A stretch of 23,597 nt of DNA from Candidatus Nanohaloarchaea archaeon. Its GTDB lineage: Archaea > Nanohalarchaeota > Nanosalinia > Nanosalinales > Nanosalinaceae. The stretch spans positions 1-23,597 of the forward strand of contig JBDGSJ010000032.1 of the NCBI GenBank assembly GCA_042217585.1, written 5' to 3'. The notes under the pieces are model-generated. The model ran no database searches and was not told the origin of the DNA. It was given only the letters and a program-made list of their open reading frames with translations. Position 1 is the stretch's first letter. Every line of letters starts with the position of its first letter. A program made the position numbers and the translations under genes. Below are positions 1 through 8,469 of the stretch, piece after piece.

Positions 1-6
1 AAGGTT

Positions 7-146
7 TGGGCCAGACGGGATTTGAACCCGCGACCACTTGGTTTCTCCGCCGAAGATCGAGGTCTTCTCTGTCCTCGTTCTCCCCTGATTGGGGGAACTT
101 GAGGGGCGTAAGAGCCAAGCGCTCTGCCAGACTGAGCTACCGGCCC
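7..146 (-). tRNA. tRNA-Lys(CTT) with 66-nt intron at canonical 37/38 position (intron 43-108)
   Basis: Reverse complement reads GGGCCGG-TA-GCTCAGTCTGGCAGAGC-G-CTTGG-CT-CTT-A[intron]A-CCAAG-TGGTC-GCGGG-TTCAAAT-CCCGT-CTGGCCC-A. Mature length is 74 nt and CCA is not encoded. A bulge-helix-bulge forms: CTCT/GGAG helix, TAC and AAA bulges, GCC/GGC stem. Confidence 0.95.
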
Positions 147-178
147 GCAAAATGGAGTATGAAAACCGGTTCCGAGGT

Positions 179-733
179 TCAGTCCAGGAGCTCGGTCTTG
201 CGGACCTCGAGCTCTCTGAACGGGTAGATCTCGTTGGCCTCTTCTCTCAGCTCTTCCTGCAGGTTGTCCATGAAGATGTTCTCCATGAACTCCTCGTAGG
301 TCTGCTCACCGGCTCTCTGGTTGATTATCTGCCTGAGCTTCTGCCTGACGGAGTTCAGCGTGTTGGTGGAGGTCTTCCGGAGTGTCGCTCCGACGAGCTT
401 GACCCGGACCTCTCTTCCGTCCTCGGTCTCCGTGTCGTAGACGAAGTCGAACCTGTCGGTCCTTTTCTGGACCATTCTGGAGACGAACTCGGAGGAGCAC
501 TCCATGCCGTAGATCTCGCTGAAGGCCTTGTTGCCTTCCGTCTCCGTGACTCTCATCGTTACGTCGACGTAGTACTTGTCGGCTCCGTCCATGATGTCGT
601 TCAGGCTCTCGCTCACTTTTCTCCCTATTACCTGGGATTCCTTCTCTGCCGGTGTCTCCGCTATAGTATCTTCGTCGAAGATGTCCGGCGCCTGGATCTC
701 ATACCAGTTTTTCTGGATTACAGCCTTTGCCAT
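179..733 (-). CDS. rps3ae: 30S ribosomal protein S3Ae (eS1)
   Basis: K-x-WY-x-I-x-AP-x-F N-terminus, IGR-x-V-x-x-SL, C-terminal IYPFR-x-x-EVRK; follows rps15/DHH as in other archaea. Confidence 0.95.
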   Translation of the reverse strand: MAKAVIQKNWYEIQAPDIFDEDTIAETPAEKESQVIGRKVSESLNDIMDGADKYYVDVTMRVTETEGNKAFSEIYGMECSSEFVSRMVQKRTDRFDFVYDTETEDGREVRVKLVGATLRKTSTNTLNSVRQKLRQIINQRAGEQTYEEFMENIFMDNLQEELREEANEIYPFRELEVRKTELLD

Positions 734-748
734 ACTTTCCCACCCGGA

Positions 749-1057
749 TTAAAACTTTATAAACGGTTCGTGATTTTCTTCCTGCCGGTAGTCATCCGTT
801 TCCCGGTAACCGTCGCCGGTCCTCTGGACCTCCCTGACCTTCTCGCCGATCCCGAGTTTCTCTGATCTCTCCTGCGCCTGACGTACCCTGTCCCCCAGGC
901 TTTCCATCTCGGCGGCTCTCTGCTGTGTCTCCTCCACCAGTTCGGGGAGGATCTTGCCGTCCCTGTAAGCCCTCCTGCGGGACCTTTCTTCCGCGAGCTC
1001 CTGCTGTCTCTCGAGCATCTCCTCCGCGAGTTCCTCCACTTCATCGTGTTCACTCAT
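749..1057 (-). CDS. Hypothetical acidic helical/coiled-coil protein (102 aa, MSEHDEVEEL...)
   Basis: Internal ATG at 1057 of the 749-1231 ORF overlaps the DHH gene stop (ATGAGTGA); acidic composition matches the proteome; fills the gap exactly. Confidence 0.7.
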   Translation of the reverse strand: MSEHDEVEELAEEMLERQQELAEERSRRRAYRDGKILPELVEETQQRAAEMESLGDRVRQAQERSEKLGIGEKVREVQRTGDGYRETDDYRQEENHEPFIKF

Positions 1058-2447
1058 CTTCCTTCCACCTCTCCTCGCCGACGTAGCTGTCGAGGTCCTG
1101 TATGAACTCCTTCTTGTGGTCTTCCGGCACTTTTGCGCCGGCTGCGATGTTGTGTCCTCCGCCCTCTCCGTCGTACTTCTCGCACAGCTCGGAGATGATC
1201 TCGCCCAGGTTGAATCCTTCCTCGACCACATCTTTGGATGCGCGTCCCGAGAACTTGACGAGGTCCCTGTCGGAGTCCGCGACTCCGAGGACCACGGGAG
1301 AGGAGAAATGGCCGTTGCTCATCGTTATCGTCGTGACGGTCCCGATGAAGTCGTCTTCTATCTGGTCGTGGCCGTCTATGAGACCTATCTCGGATTCGCT
1401 GACCACTTCCTCGTTGTCCCTGTTCTCCTCGACGTAGCTGAGCGCCTCGGATATCTTCCTGCCGTAGCGGGTCGATATCCTCTCCGCGAGTTCCTGGTCG
1501 TCCTCGAGAAGTATGCGCACCCCTTTCTTGGCCTCTCCGAGCCTTCCGCAGGCGTTGATTATCGTGGAGAACTCGTCTATCTCGTAGCCGTTCTCAAGCG
1601 TGTATATGTCGTTCAGGAGTTCCTGGACCGGGAAACCTCTCTTTATCATCGCCTGTATGAGCTGTTTCTCCTCCTTCTCCGAGAGGTCCGCCAGCGTCCT
1701 GAAACCGTCTCGGTTCCTGATGTCGATCCCGGCGGACTTGACCAGCTGGATGGCGCCGGACTCGTCGTTGGTCACTCCCTCGAGGTGCGGGTCCGAGGTG
1801 TACATCAGGGATTTCTGGAGGGGCTTGGTCGTCCTCCCGTAGAGGTCCAGTCCCTTCCTCTTCTCCACGAGTCCCTGTTCCAGCGCCTCTTCTGCCAGCT
1901 GTTCGTTCAGCCCGAGGAACTCGCCGTCCTGTTTCTGTACGTCGCCCGTCGCGCCCACCAGGGCGTACTTCACGAGGTCTCTGTTGTCCGGGTCCACCTT
2001 CTTCGCCAGCAGGTAGGTCATCCCCGCGGCTGATATGGCCTCTCCGCCGTCATGTCCCAGGAAGTGAGGGTTGAGATGTATGAAACGTGGAGGGTCTCCG
2101 GGTTCTGCGTCATCTCCCCTTCCGGGTTCGTGGTGGTCGGAGACGATGACGTCCTTCCCGGTTTCCTCGATTATGTGTTCTTCCAGAAGTTTTGACTGTC
2201 CCGACCCGATATCGACGAAAATTATGAGGTCCTCGTCCTCCCCGGCTATCCTCTCGACGTCTTCCTCGTAAAGCTGCCTGAGTATCTCGTACTCGAACTC
2301 TCTGCCGAGGCGGTCCAGCATCTCGTGGGCTATCGCGGTCGCGGATATGCCGTCGGCGTCGTACTGGCCGACAAGCCGGATCTTTCCGTCGTGGTCCCTG
2401 AGTTTCTCTGCCGCGGGCTGTGCTTCTTCAAGAATATCGTCGACCAA
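1050..2447 (-). CDS. recJ: RecJ-like DHH/DHHA1 phosphoesterase (archaeal RecJ/GAN family)
   Basis: YDADG, FVDIG, SDHHE, LNPH, GATGD and GGGHNIAAG motifs; conserved position after rps15; TTG start. Confidence 0.9.
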   Translation of the reverse strand: MVDDILEEAQPAAEKLRDHDGKIRLVGQYDADGISATAIAHEMLDRLGREFEYEILRQLYEEDVERIAGEDEDLIIFVDIGSGQSKLLEEHIIEETGKDVIVSDHHEPGRGDDAEPGDPPRFIHLNPHFLGHDGGEAISAAGMTYLLAKKVDPDNRDLVKYALVGATGDVQKQDGEFLGLNEQLAEEALEQGLVEKRKGLDLYGRTTKPLQKSLMYTSDPHLEGVTNDESGAIQLVKSAGIDIRNRDGFRTLADLSEKEEKQLIQAMIKRGFPVQELLNDIYTLENGYEIDEFSTIINACGRLGEAKKGVRILLEDDQELAERISTRYGRKISEALSYVEENRDNEEVVSESEIGLIDGHDQIEDDFIGTVTTITMSNGHFSSPVVLGVADSDRDLVKFSGRASKDVVEEGFNLGEIISELCEKYDGEGGGHNIAAGAKVPEDHKKEFIQDLDSYVGEERWKEDE

Positions 2448-2596
2448 AACCGATCACTGTGAATGGTTCATCGCGGAGTTCTTAAAACTGTTCTGTTTGA
2501 CCGGCCCGATGGACCGTTTATCCGTCCTGCGGCCCGGTCAAGGATTTGTCTGTGGGTCGATAGGCTGAAGGATCTGTCCGGAATGAGGGAGGGGTA

Positions 2597-3034
2597 TTAT
2601 TCTCCCGATCCGTATTCCCAGTCCTCGTCGATGTTCCCGTTCTCCCGGTGGTAGTTCGCGACCCTGCGGATTTTCGCCTCGGTGAGTTCGAGACGTCTCT
2701 CGGCCTGTGTGTCCTTCGGATTCTCGTCTACATGCTCTCTTATGGATTCGGCCTTGTCGAGAAGGTTCTGCAGGTCCTCAGGGATCTCGGGTTCGGCATC
2801 GTTCTCCTGGAGGATCTCTGTTATCTTCTTGTCGGTTATGGTCTTTACGTCTGGTATTCCGTAGGAGTCCCTCAGCTCCAGTCCGATCTCGGACGGGCTC
2901 AGGCCGTTGTCCCGGAGCTTCAGTACGAGGTCCTCGACCTCCTCCTCATCGTATTCAAGCCATCTCGGCTCTTTATTGTTGACAGGGTTTGAAGAGCCTG
3001 AAGAGCCTCTGCCGTCAGAATGCATTTTCGCCAT
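2597..3034 (-). CDS. rps15: 30S ribosomal protein S15 (uS15/S13e type)
   Basis: MAKMH...GSSGS, PSEIG-x-x-LRD-x-YGIP, IPEDL-x-NL, L-x-LTEAKIRR...Y motifs. Confidence 0.97.
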   Translation of the reverse strand: MAKMHSDGRGSSGSSNPVNNKEPRWLEYDEEEVEDLVLKLRDNGLSPSEIGLELRDSYGIPDVKTITDKKITEILQENDAEPEIPEDLQNLLDKAESIREHVDENPKDTQAERRLELTEAKIRRVANYHRENGNIDEDWEYGSGE

Positions 3035-3106
3035 TGTGAATCACGTGTACCGATCCGGTCAAGCATCCACTTTCCCGGTCTGGAACAGTTTTTAGGTAAA
3101 AACTTT

Positions 3107-3925
3107 TTAACTGTCGATGAACTCGAACGGGGTATCCACTTCCTCCATCTTTTCCCACGGGACGTTCGTCACTCCGACGAGGATCAGGCCCAGCGCGATG
3201 TCGTAAAGGGCGAAGGCCGCAAGGTACAGCCTGCTGGTGTGGGTAGGAGCCCAGAGTATGTAGGTGCCTCCCATGAACGCCATGCCGGCGGACAGCCATC
3301 TCAGCCCTCTCTTCCCTGTACCGCGTGAGTACTTCCAGAAGAGGTACGCGAAGGTGAAGGTCACAGGCACCCAGATGAACGACGTGAAGCCGTACATGGT
3401 GTACTCTATGCTTTTCTGGACCAGGAGACCCCACGCGAACCAGGAGTAGCCTGCCAGCAGTATCGTTCCGGGAACGAGCCTCCTGTAGAACCCGGAGCGC
3501 ATACGGAACTTCACCAGGCCGTAGCCTATCGCCGCCGCCCAGATTATCATGAACTGGCGTGTGAGGAAGAATTTGGAGGGCAACGATTCAGTGTATAGGC
3601 CGAGGGCATCCAGCAGGACCCCAAGCATCACGATGCCGTAGAGCACGAAGGCGCCTCCCCATATCAGCGGGATGTTGTCCCTGAGGTCTCCGCTGACCGG
3701 TTCTAGGGACCTCCCGCGGTGGATGAGGTAAAGTCCGGTCAGGACGAGGTAGAAAAGACCGGTGCCTGACAGCAGCATGATCTGGAGGGATGAACCCTCT
3801 GGAAAGGACCCGGGAGCGATCACAGACTTCTCGGACACCGCGTAGATCCCGTAGAGATAGAGGGCCGCCACAAGGGAGACAAGTCCGGGGTTGTCCGAGA
3901 GAAAGCCCCTGAGATTCTGTCCCAT
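3107..3925 (-). CDS. Uncharacterised polytopic membrane protein (~7-8 TM)
   Basis: 272 aa with about eight hydrophobic segments separated by short, often basic loops; AT-rich upstream region; no recognisable motif. Confidence 0.8.
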   Translation of the reverse strand: MGQNLRGFLSDNPGLVSLVAALYLYGIYAVSEKSVIAPGSFPEGSSLQIMLLSGTGLFYLVLTGLYLIHRGRSLEPVSGDLRDNIPLIWGGAFVLYGIVMLGVLLDALGLYTESLPSKFFLTRQFMIIWAAAIGYGLVKFRMRSGFYRRLVPGTILLAGYSWFAWGLLVQKSIEYTMYGFTSFIWVPVTFTFAYLFWKYSRGTGKRGLRWLSAGMAFMGGTYILWAPTHTSRLYLAAFALYDIALGLILVGVTNVPWEKMEEVDTPFEFIDS

Positions 3926-3963
3926 AGGATTGATTTATTCTCTTTGTTAAAAAACTGTTCCAA

Positions 3964-4554
3964 TCACTTGTATCTTCCGCGGGACTCGACCTCCTCGAGC
4001 TGTTCGAGGACCTCCTCGCTCTCCTCGAACTCCGAGTAGCCCTGCCTGAACTTCTCCCACGCCTCTTCCGCGATGCCGGGGTGAGAACTGCGGAGGACCT
4101 GCCTGAGAAGATGTATATCCACTGCCCGGTCCTCGGTCCTCTCCGAGCGGAAGGAGAGACCGAAGTCGATCACCACGAGTCCGTCGGAGGCCATCGCGTT
4201 GCTGGTGGTCAGGTCGCCGTGTATTATTTTCGCGGAATGGAGACGAGCCACGTTCTCGCCGTAGCTTTCCATCAGCCCGGTCTTTTTCCCGATGACTTCC
4301 TTGAGCGGTTTCCCGTCTACGCGTTCCATCTCCAGAACGTTTCCGGCAGTTTTCGTCACTTCGGGGACGCTGCATCCGTACCTGTCCGCTTCCTCCATGA
4401 GCCGGAGTTCCTGATCGGTCCTCTCCGTCCTGAGTTCACGGTCTATCTCCGTATGCCGGTACTGTTTCTCTTTTCTCTCCTTTACCACGCGGTCCTCTTC
4501 TATCCGGACCGTGGCTTCAGCTCCCTGGAACTCCATCAGGTTTATAACCGTCAC
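3964..4554 (-). CDS. bud32: KEOPS complex kinase/ATPase Bud32 (stand-alone)
   Basis: QGAEA, K-x-R-x-x-K-x-YRH, HGDLTTSN, IDFGL, AVD and C-terminal RGRY. Confidence 0.95.
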   Translation of the reverse strand: MTVINLMEFQGAEATVRIEEDRVVKERKEKQYRHTEIDRELRTERTDQELRLMEEADRYGCSVPEVTKTAGNVLEMERVDGKPLKEVIGKKTGLMESYGENVARLHSAKIIHGDLTTSNAMASDGLVVIDFGLSFRSERTEDRAVDIHLLRQVLRSSHPGIAEEAWEKFRQGYSEFEESEEVLEQLEEVESRGRYK

Positions 4555-4570
4555 CGGCTTTCAAAAATCG

Positions 4571-6232
4571 TCATCCTTCGTCGGCTTCTATGTACCTTCG
4601 GATCTCCCTCAGGCTGTCCTCCCTGAGCTCATCCCTGTAGTCCTCGTTCTCCAGGACCCCCTCCACGTGCTCGACTATGAGCTCCGAGCTCATTATCTCT
4701 GGGTAGTACACGTAGGTCGCGTCCTTCCTGACGAGTTCGCTGGCGTGCTCGGGGTCCGTTGCACCCAGTATCAGATCCGTGTCGTCAGCCATGTCCAGCA
4801 TCCTGCTTGATACCTCCCTGTTCGGAACTGAAGAGACCACCAGTTTCGCCTCGTCCAGCTGGGCGATGTTCCAGGTTTTCTGGTCCATTATATCTCCGAA
4901 GACGTAGTGTTCCTCCTTCTCTTTTATCTCGGAGATCTTCTCGGGGTCGTTCTCTATGACGACGAACTCCTGGCCTTCCTCCTTCAGGGCTTCGATGACT
5001 CTCTTGCCTTCGGTGCCGTATCCCACCACTCCGACGTGGTCCTCGAACTCGGTGACGTTTATCTTGTTCTCTATCTTCCTCCTCGTGGAGCTTATCAGGT
5101 TGAGTCCCGAGAGAAGCCTGTATATCTGGTTCTCGTGCTTGCTGGTGTATGAGGAGGTTATCATGGATGCAGTGGCCGCCATCACGACGGAGTGGAAGAG
5201 CGGGTCGCTCAGGGTCCCTGCTATGTGGGCCTCGATCGCTATTATCAAGGAGAACTCGCTTATCTGGTCCAGGTTGAAACCGGTCAGGTAGGCGGTCCTG
5301 TCGTCGAATCCCTGGAGCATCAGGGAGATTGCAGTCACCATCGGCTTGAGGGCTCCGACGAGCAGGAAGAGGACGGTCGCCGTCAGGAGTACCCTCGGGG
5401 TCGGGTAGGAGACCAGTGCTCCGAGACCTATGAAGAATATCGCTGAGAAGAAGTCCTTCAGCGATCCCGTGGTGTCGACTATCTCGATGTTGTGGGGGAA
5501 CTTGGCGACTGCCAGTCCTGCGGCGAACGATCCTGCGACTATCGATATCCCCATGTACTGGGCTATCCCGACGAAGCCGGTCAGGAACGAGATGGATACA
5601 AGCATCAGGAGTTCCCGGGAACCGTCGGTCAGGTCCGCGATGAAGTCGAAGATGTACCACCTGATCAGTAGACCGATTATTATGAGCGTGAACCCGTCTA
5701 TTATCGTCCCGAGGACCGTGGTCGGGTTGAAGGTCGTCAGCGTCAGGGTCAGTACCGCGACTATCGCGATCATGTCCTGTACCAGCTGGATGGATTCCGC
5801 CAGCCTGCCGTGGATCAGGTCCAGGTACATCTCACTCTCTATCAGTCTCATGCCGACGAGCGAGGAGCTCAGGCTTGCTGCCACGGTGAAGAAGAGTGAG
5901 TCCAGGTGGCTGTATCCCATGAGCTTCGCCAGAGAGTAGGCTGTTATACCGACCACGAGGACCTGTATCGAGGTCGCCAGCTGGCTCTCCTTGGCCACTG
6001 ACTCGATCCTCTCGGGGTCCAGTTTCACGCCGAATATGAAGACGAGGAACGCGATACCTATCTCCGCCAGTATCATTATCTCTTTCTGGGGTATGAAGAT
6101 GCTGGAAAGCACTCCGGCGATTATGTAAGCTGGGATGGCGGGATGGGAGAACATATCCAGCACGTGGAGGACCACTGACGCGATCAGGAATATAACTGTC
6201 AGTATGTAGATTACTTCAGCCAGTATCACCAC
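4571..6232 (-). CDS. CPA2 (KefC-like) cation:proton antiporter with C-terminal RCK-N (TrkA-N) domain
   Basis: Multiple TM helices; SLSSS, QD, G-x-F-x-AG, DFF-x-x-IFF, QISEFSLI motifs; Rossmann VVGYGTEG and V-x-GD. Confidence 0.92.
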   Translation of the reverse strand: MVILAEVIYILTVIFLIASVVLHVLDMFSHPAIPAYIIAGVLSSIFIPQKEIMILAEIGIAFLVFIFGVKLDPERIESVAKESQLATSIQVLVVGITAYSLAKLMGYSHLDSLFFTVAASLSSSLVGMRLIESEMYLDLIHGRLAESIQLVQDMIAIVAVLTLTLTTFNPTTVLGTIIDGFTLIIIGLLIRWYIFDFIADLTDGSRELLMLVSISFLTGFVGIAQYMGISIVAGSFAAGLAVAKFPHNIEIVDTTGSLKDFFSAIFFIGLGALVSYPTPRVLLTATVLFLLVGALKPMVTAISLMLQGFDDRTAYLTGFNLDQISEFSLIIAIEAHIAGTLSDPLFHSVVMAATASMITSSYTSKHENQIYRLLSGLNLISSTRRKIENKINVTEFEDHVGVVGYGTEGKRVIEALKEEGQEFVVIENDPEKISEIKEKEEHYVFGDIMDQKTWNIAQLDEAKLVVSSVPNREVSSRMLDMADDTDLILGATDPEHASELVRKDATYVYYPEIMSSELIVEHVEGVLENEDYRDELREDSLREIRRYIEADEG

Positions 6233-7898
6233 CCCACTTCAGCTTGTTCATCTCGGGTTCGACCTCCTCGCTGAACAGCTCCTCGTCCTCCAGGTAAATC
6301 TTCACGTACTCGCTGACGCGCTCCCCTGTCAGTATCTTTTTCTGTATGACGTAGTGCGCTCCCAGGTCGTAGAACTCGGCCGCGTGGTCCAGCCGGATGG
6401 CCTCGACGAAGACTGTCGCGTCCTCGTCCACCTCCTCCAGAGCCTCCTTGTTCACTATCTCGTCAGGGGTGACGGACAGAACGAAATCCGCCTTGCTGAT
6501 CCCTGCGGCCTTCCTTATCTCACCGTGCTTGAAATCTCCATAGATGTACTCGTAAGGGGACTGCTCCAGCTTCCGGGCCTTCTCCGGATCCTTGTCGACT
6601 ATCACAAGCTGGTCGTAATGTCTCTTCAGGAGGCTTATAGCCTCTTTCGACATCTCGTCGTAACCGATTATGACTGCATGGTCCTCGAGCGGCTCGAACT
6701 CCACGTCCTGCTTCTCCTCCGACTCCAGGACAGCAAGTATGTGTTCTATCTCGTCGTATATCTGCTGTGAGAACGTGATCAGGTAGGATGACATCGCTAT
6801 GCTCGCTACCGCCATTATGCTAAGGAAACCTACCGCTCCTCCTCCGAGCAATCCTTTCTGGACCCCAAGGGAGCCTAGTATCAGGGCGAACTCGCTGACC
6901 TGTGTCATGTTGATCGATGTCTTGAACGATGTCTCCGGTGTGAACTTGAGCCGGTCCACTATGGTGAAGAATGTAGCGAACTTCCCTATGACCATCACCA
7001 CTGCGGCCGCCAGAGCAGGTACGAACATCCCTGCTATCTGGGATGGCTGGAGACCCAGTCCTATCGTTATGAAGAATATCGCGATGAAGAAGTCGGTCAG
7101 CGGCCGGACCCTCTCCAGCAGTTCGCTGCTGTAAGGTATCTGGGCGAAGCTGAGTCCGGCCATGAACGCACCTATCTCCATCGAGACGCCCAGCCAGTTC
7201 GCCATCGTGATGAAGGTGAAGGCGTGCGCCAGACCGTGGATGAAGAACGCGTGCTTGTTCTCGGACACGTCCTTTATGATCTTGGGGAGGAAAAGCCTGC
7301 TTGAGCCGAAGGATATCACTCCTATGAGGCCTATGAGAAGCAGTGACTGTCCCATGCTGATCGCGAGTTTCATCAGGTTCGAAGAGCTGCTGGAGAGGAC
7401 CGCCAGCAGGAGGACCACTATGACGTCCTGGAGGAGGAGCACTCCGACGTTCAGTTTACCGGGAGGGGTGGCTATCTCATCCTTCTCTGCCAGAAGCTTG
7501 ACGACGACCGCTGTCGATGAGAACGAGACCGCGGCGCCTATCAGGAGCGACTCCATCATGGCGAAGCCCGCGAACCTTGCCACGATGTATCCAAGCCCGG
7601 TCAGGACCAGTGACTGGAAAACCGTGATTATCAGGGCAGGCCTCTTTATCTCCGAGATCTCCTCAAGGTCGATCTCAAGCCCGATGAGGAACAGCAGAAA
7701 CCCGAGGCCCAGGTGTGATAGAAGACTCGTGAATTCGGTCTCTACGACAGCATCAAGTCCCACCGGTCCGAGTATCATGCCGGTGGCGATGTAGGCGGTG
7801 ACGGTCGGCTGGTTAGTCTTCCTTGCGATTATCCCCAGGACCGTCGCTGTCACTATCATCAGCACGAACCCCTGAGTGTGAATCCCGCCCGACACCAT
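6216..7898 (-). CDS. CPA2 (KefC-like) cation:proton antiporter with C-terminal RCK-N domain, paralog
   Basis: LLFLIGLE, SFSSTAVVVK, LLLQD, GAFMAG, QVSEFALI; RCK with degenerate IIGYDEMS; GAGGT SD upstream of ATG 7898. Confidence 0.92.
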   Translation of the reverse strand: MVSGGIHTQGFVLMIVTATVLGIIARKTNQPTVTAYIATGMILGPVGLDAVVETEFTSLLSHLGLGFLLFLIGLEIDLEEISEIKRPALIITVFQSLVLTGLGYIVARFAGFAMMESLLIGAAVSFSSTAVVVKLLAEKDEIATPPGKLNVGVLLLQDVIVVLLLAVLSSSSSNLMKLAISMGQSLLLIGLIGVISFGSSRLFLPKIIKDVSENKHAFFIHGLAHAFTFITMANWLGVSMEIGAFMAGLSFAQIPYSSELLERVRPLTDFFIAIFFITIGLGLQPSQIAGMFVPALAAAVVMVIGKFATFFTIVDRLKFTPETSFKTSINMTQVSEFALILGSLGVQKGLLGGGAVGFLSIMAVASIAMSSYLITFSQQIYDEIEHILAVLESEEKQDVEFEPLEDHAVIIGYDEMSKEAISLLKRHYDQLVIVDKDPEKARKLEQSPYEYIYGDFKHGEIRKAAGISKADFVLSVTPDEIVNKEALEEVDEDATVFVEAIRLDHAAEFYDLGAHYVIQKKILTGERVSEYVKIYLEDEELFSEEVEPEMNKLKWGGDTG

Positions 7899-8469
7899 CT
7901 TCGATTACCTCTTCGAGGTCCTCTCTCGATACAGGACCTTCACGATAAATTTTGACCTCGCGGTTATTAATCCCTGTGATTGTGGAAGTAGAGCGCCTCT
8001 CCAGCCTTCCTTTATCGATCACGCCATCGACTCTTTCCAGCAGTGAGTCGTGTATTTCCTCCACGGAGTAAGATGTGTCGTTTCCCGAGAGGTTCGCACT
8101 TGTAGCGGTTATCGGCGTATTTTCAGCCAGCTCCCGGGCTATTTCATCCGATGAAATACGAAACACGAAGTTTTCGTTCAGGTCTTCCGGTACTCTGTCA
8201 TTTTTCTCCGCGACAAAAGTCAGCGGACCAGGCATGAATTCTCTAACTGCTTCTCTCTCCTCCTCGGAGAGCTCACAGTACTTCTCTGCCTGCTCGAGGC
8301 TGTTCACTATCACGGTGAGTCCCTTGCTCCGTGGACGGTCCTTCGCCCTGTACACCTTCTCCACCGCGTCAGGGTTCGTCGCGTCGGCTGCTATCCCGTA
8401 GGCGGTCTCCGTCGGGAAGACCACTATACCTCCATCCTCGATCGTCTTCTTCGCCTCGTCTAGGTCCAC
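7813..8469 (-). CDS. sua5: L-threonylcarbamoyl-AMP synthase, short TsaC/YrdC-type
   Basis: FPTETAYG, K-x-R-P-x-x-K, PGPLT, TSANLSG, ST and REG motifs; no C-terminal SUA5 domain; start overlaps the kae1 end. Confidence 0.93.
   Translation of the reverse strand: MDLDEAKKTIEDGGIVVFPTETAYGIAADATNPDAVEKVYRAKDRPRSKGLTVIVNSLEQAEKYCELSEEEREAVREFMPGPLTFVAEKNDRVPEDLNENFVFRISSDEIARELAENTPITATSANLSGNDTSYSVEEIHDSLLERVDGVIDKGRLERRSTSTITGINNREVKIYREGPVSREDLEEVIEDGVGRDSHSGVRADDSDSDGPGDNRKED

Noticed and set aside
757..1053. Alternative 98-aa Arg-rich ORF
   Set aside because: Basic composition is at odds with the proteome; the acidic frame 749-1057 is preferred.
2497..2541. H/ACA guide RNA
   Set aside because: ACA follows the stem, but there is no sizeable pseudouridylation pocket or clear K-turn.
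3107..3925. Microbial rhodopsin
   Set aside because: The last helix reads YDIALG with no Schiff-base lysine (DxxxK), and there is no RYxDW motif.
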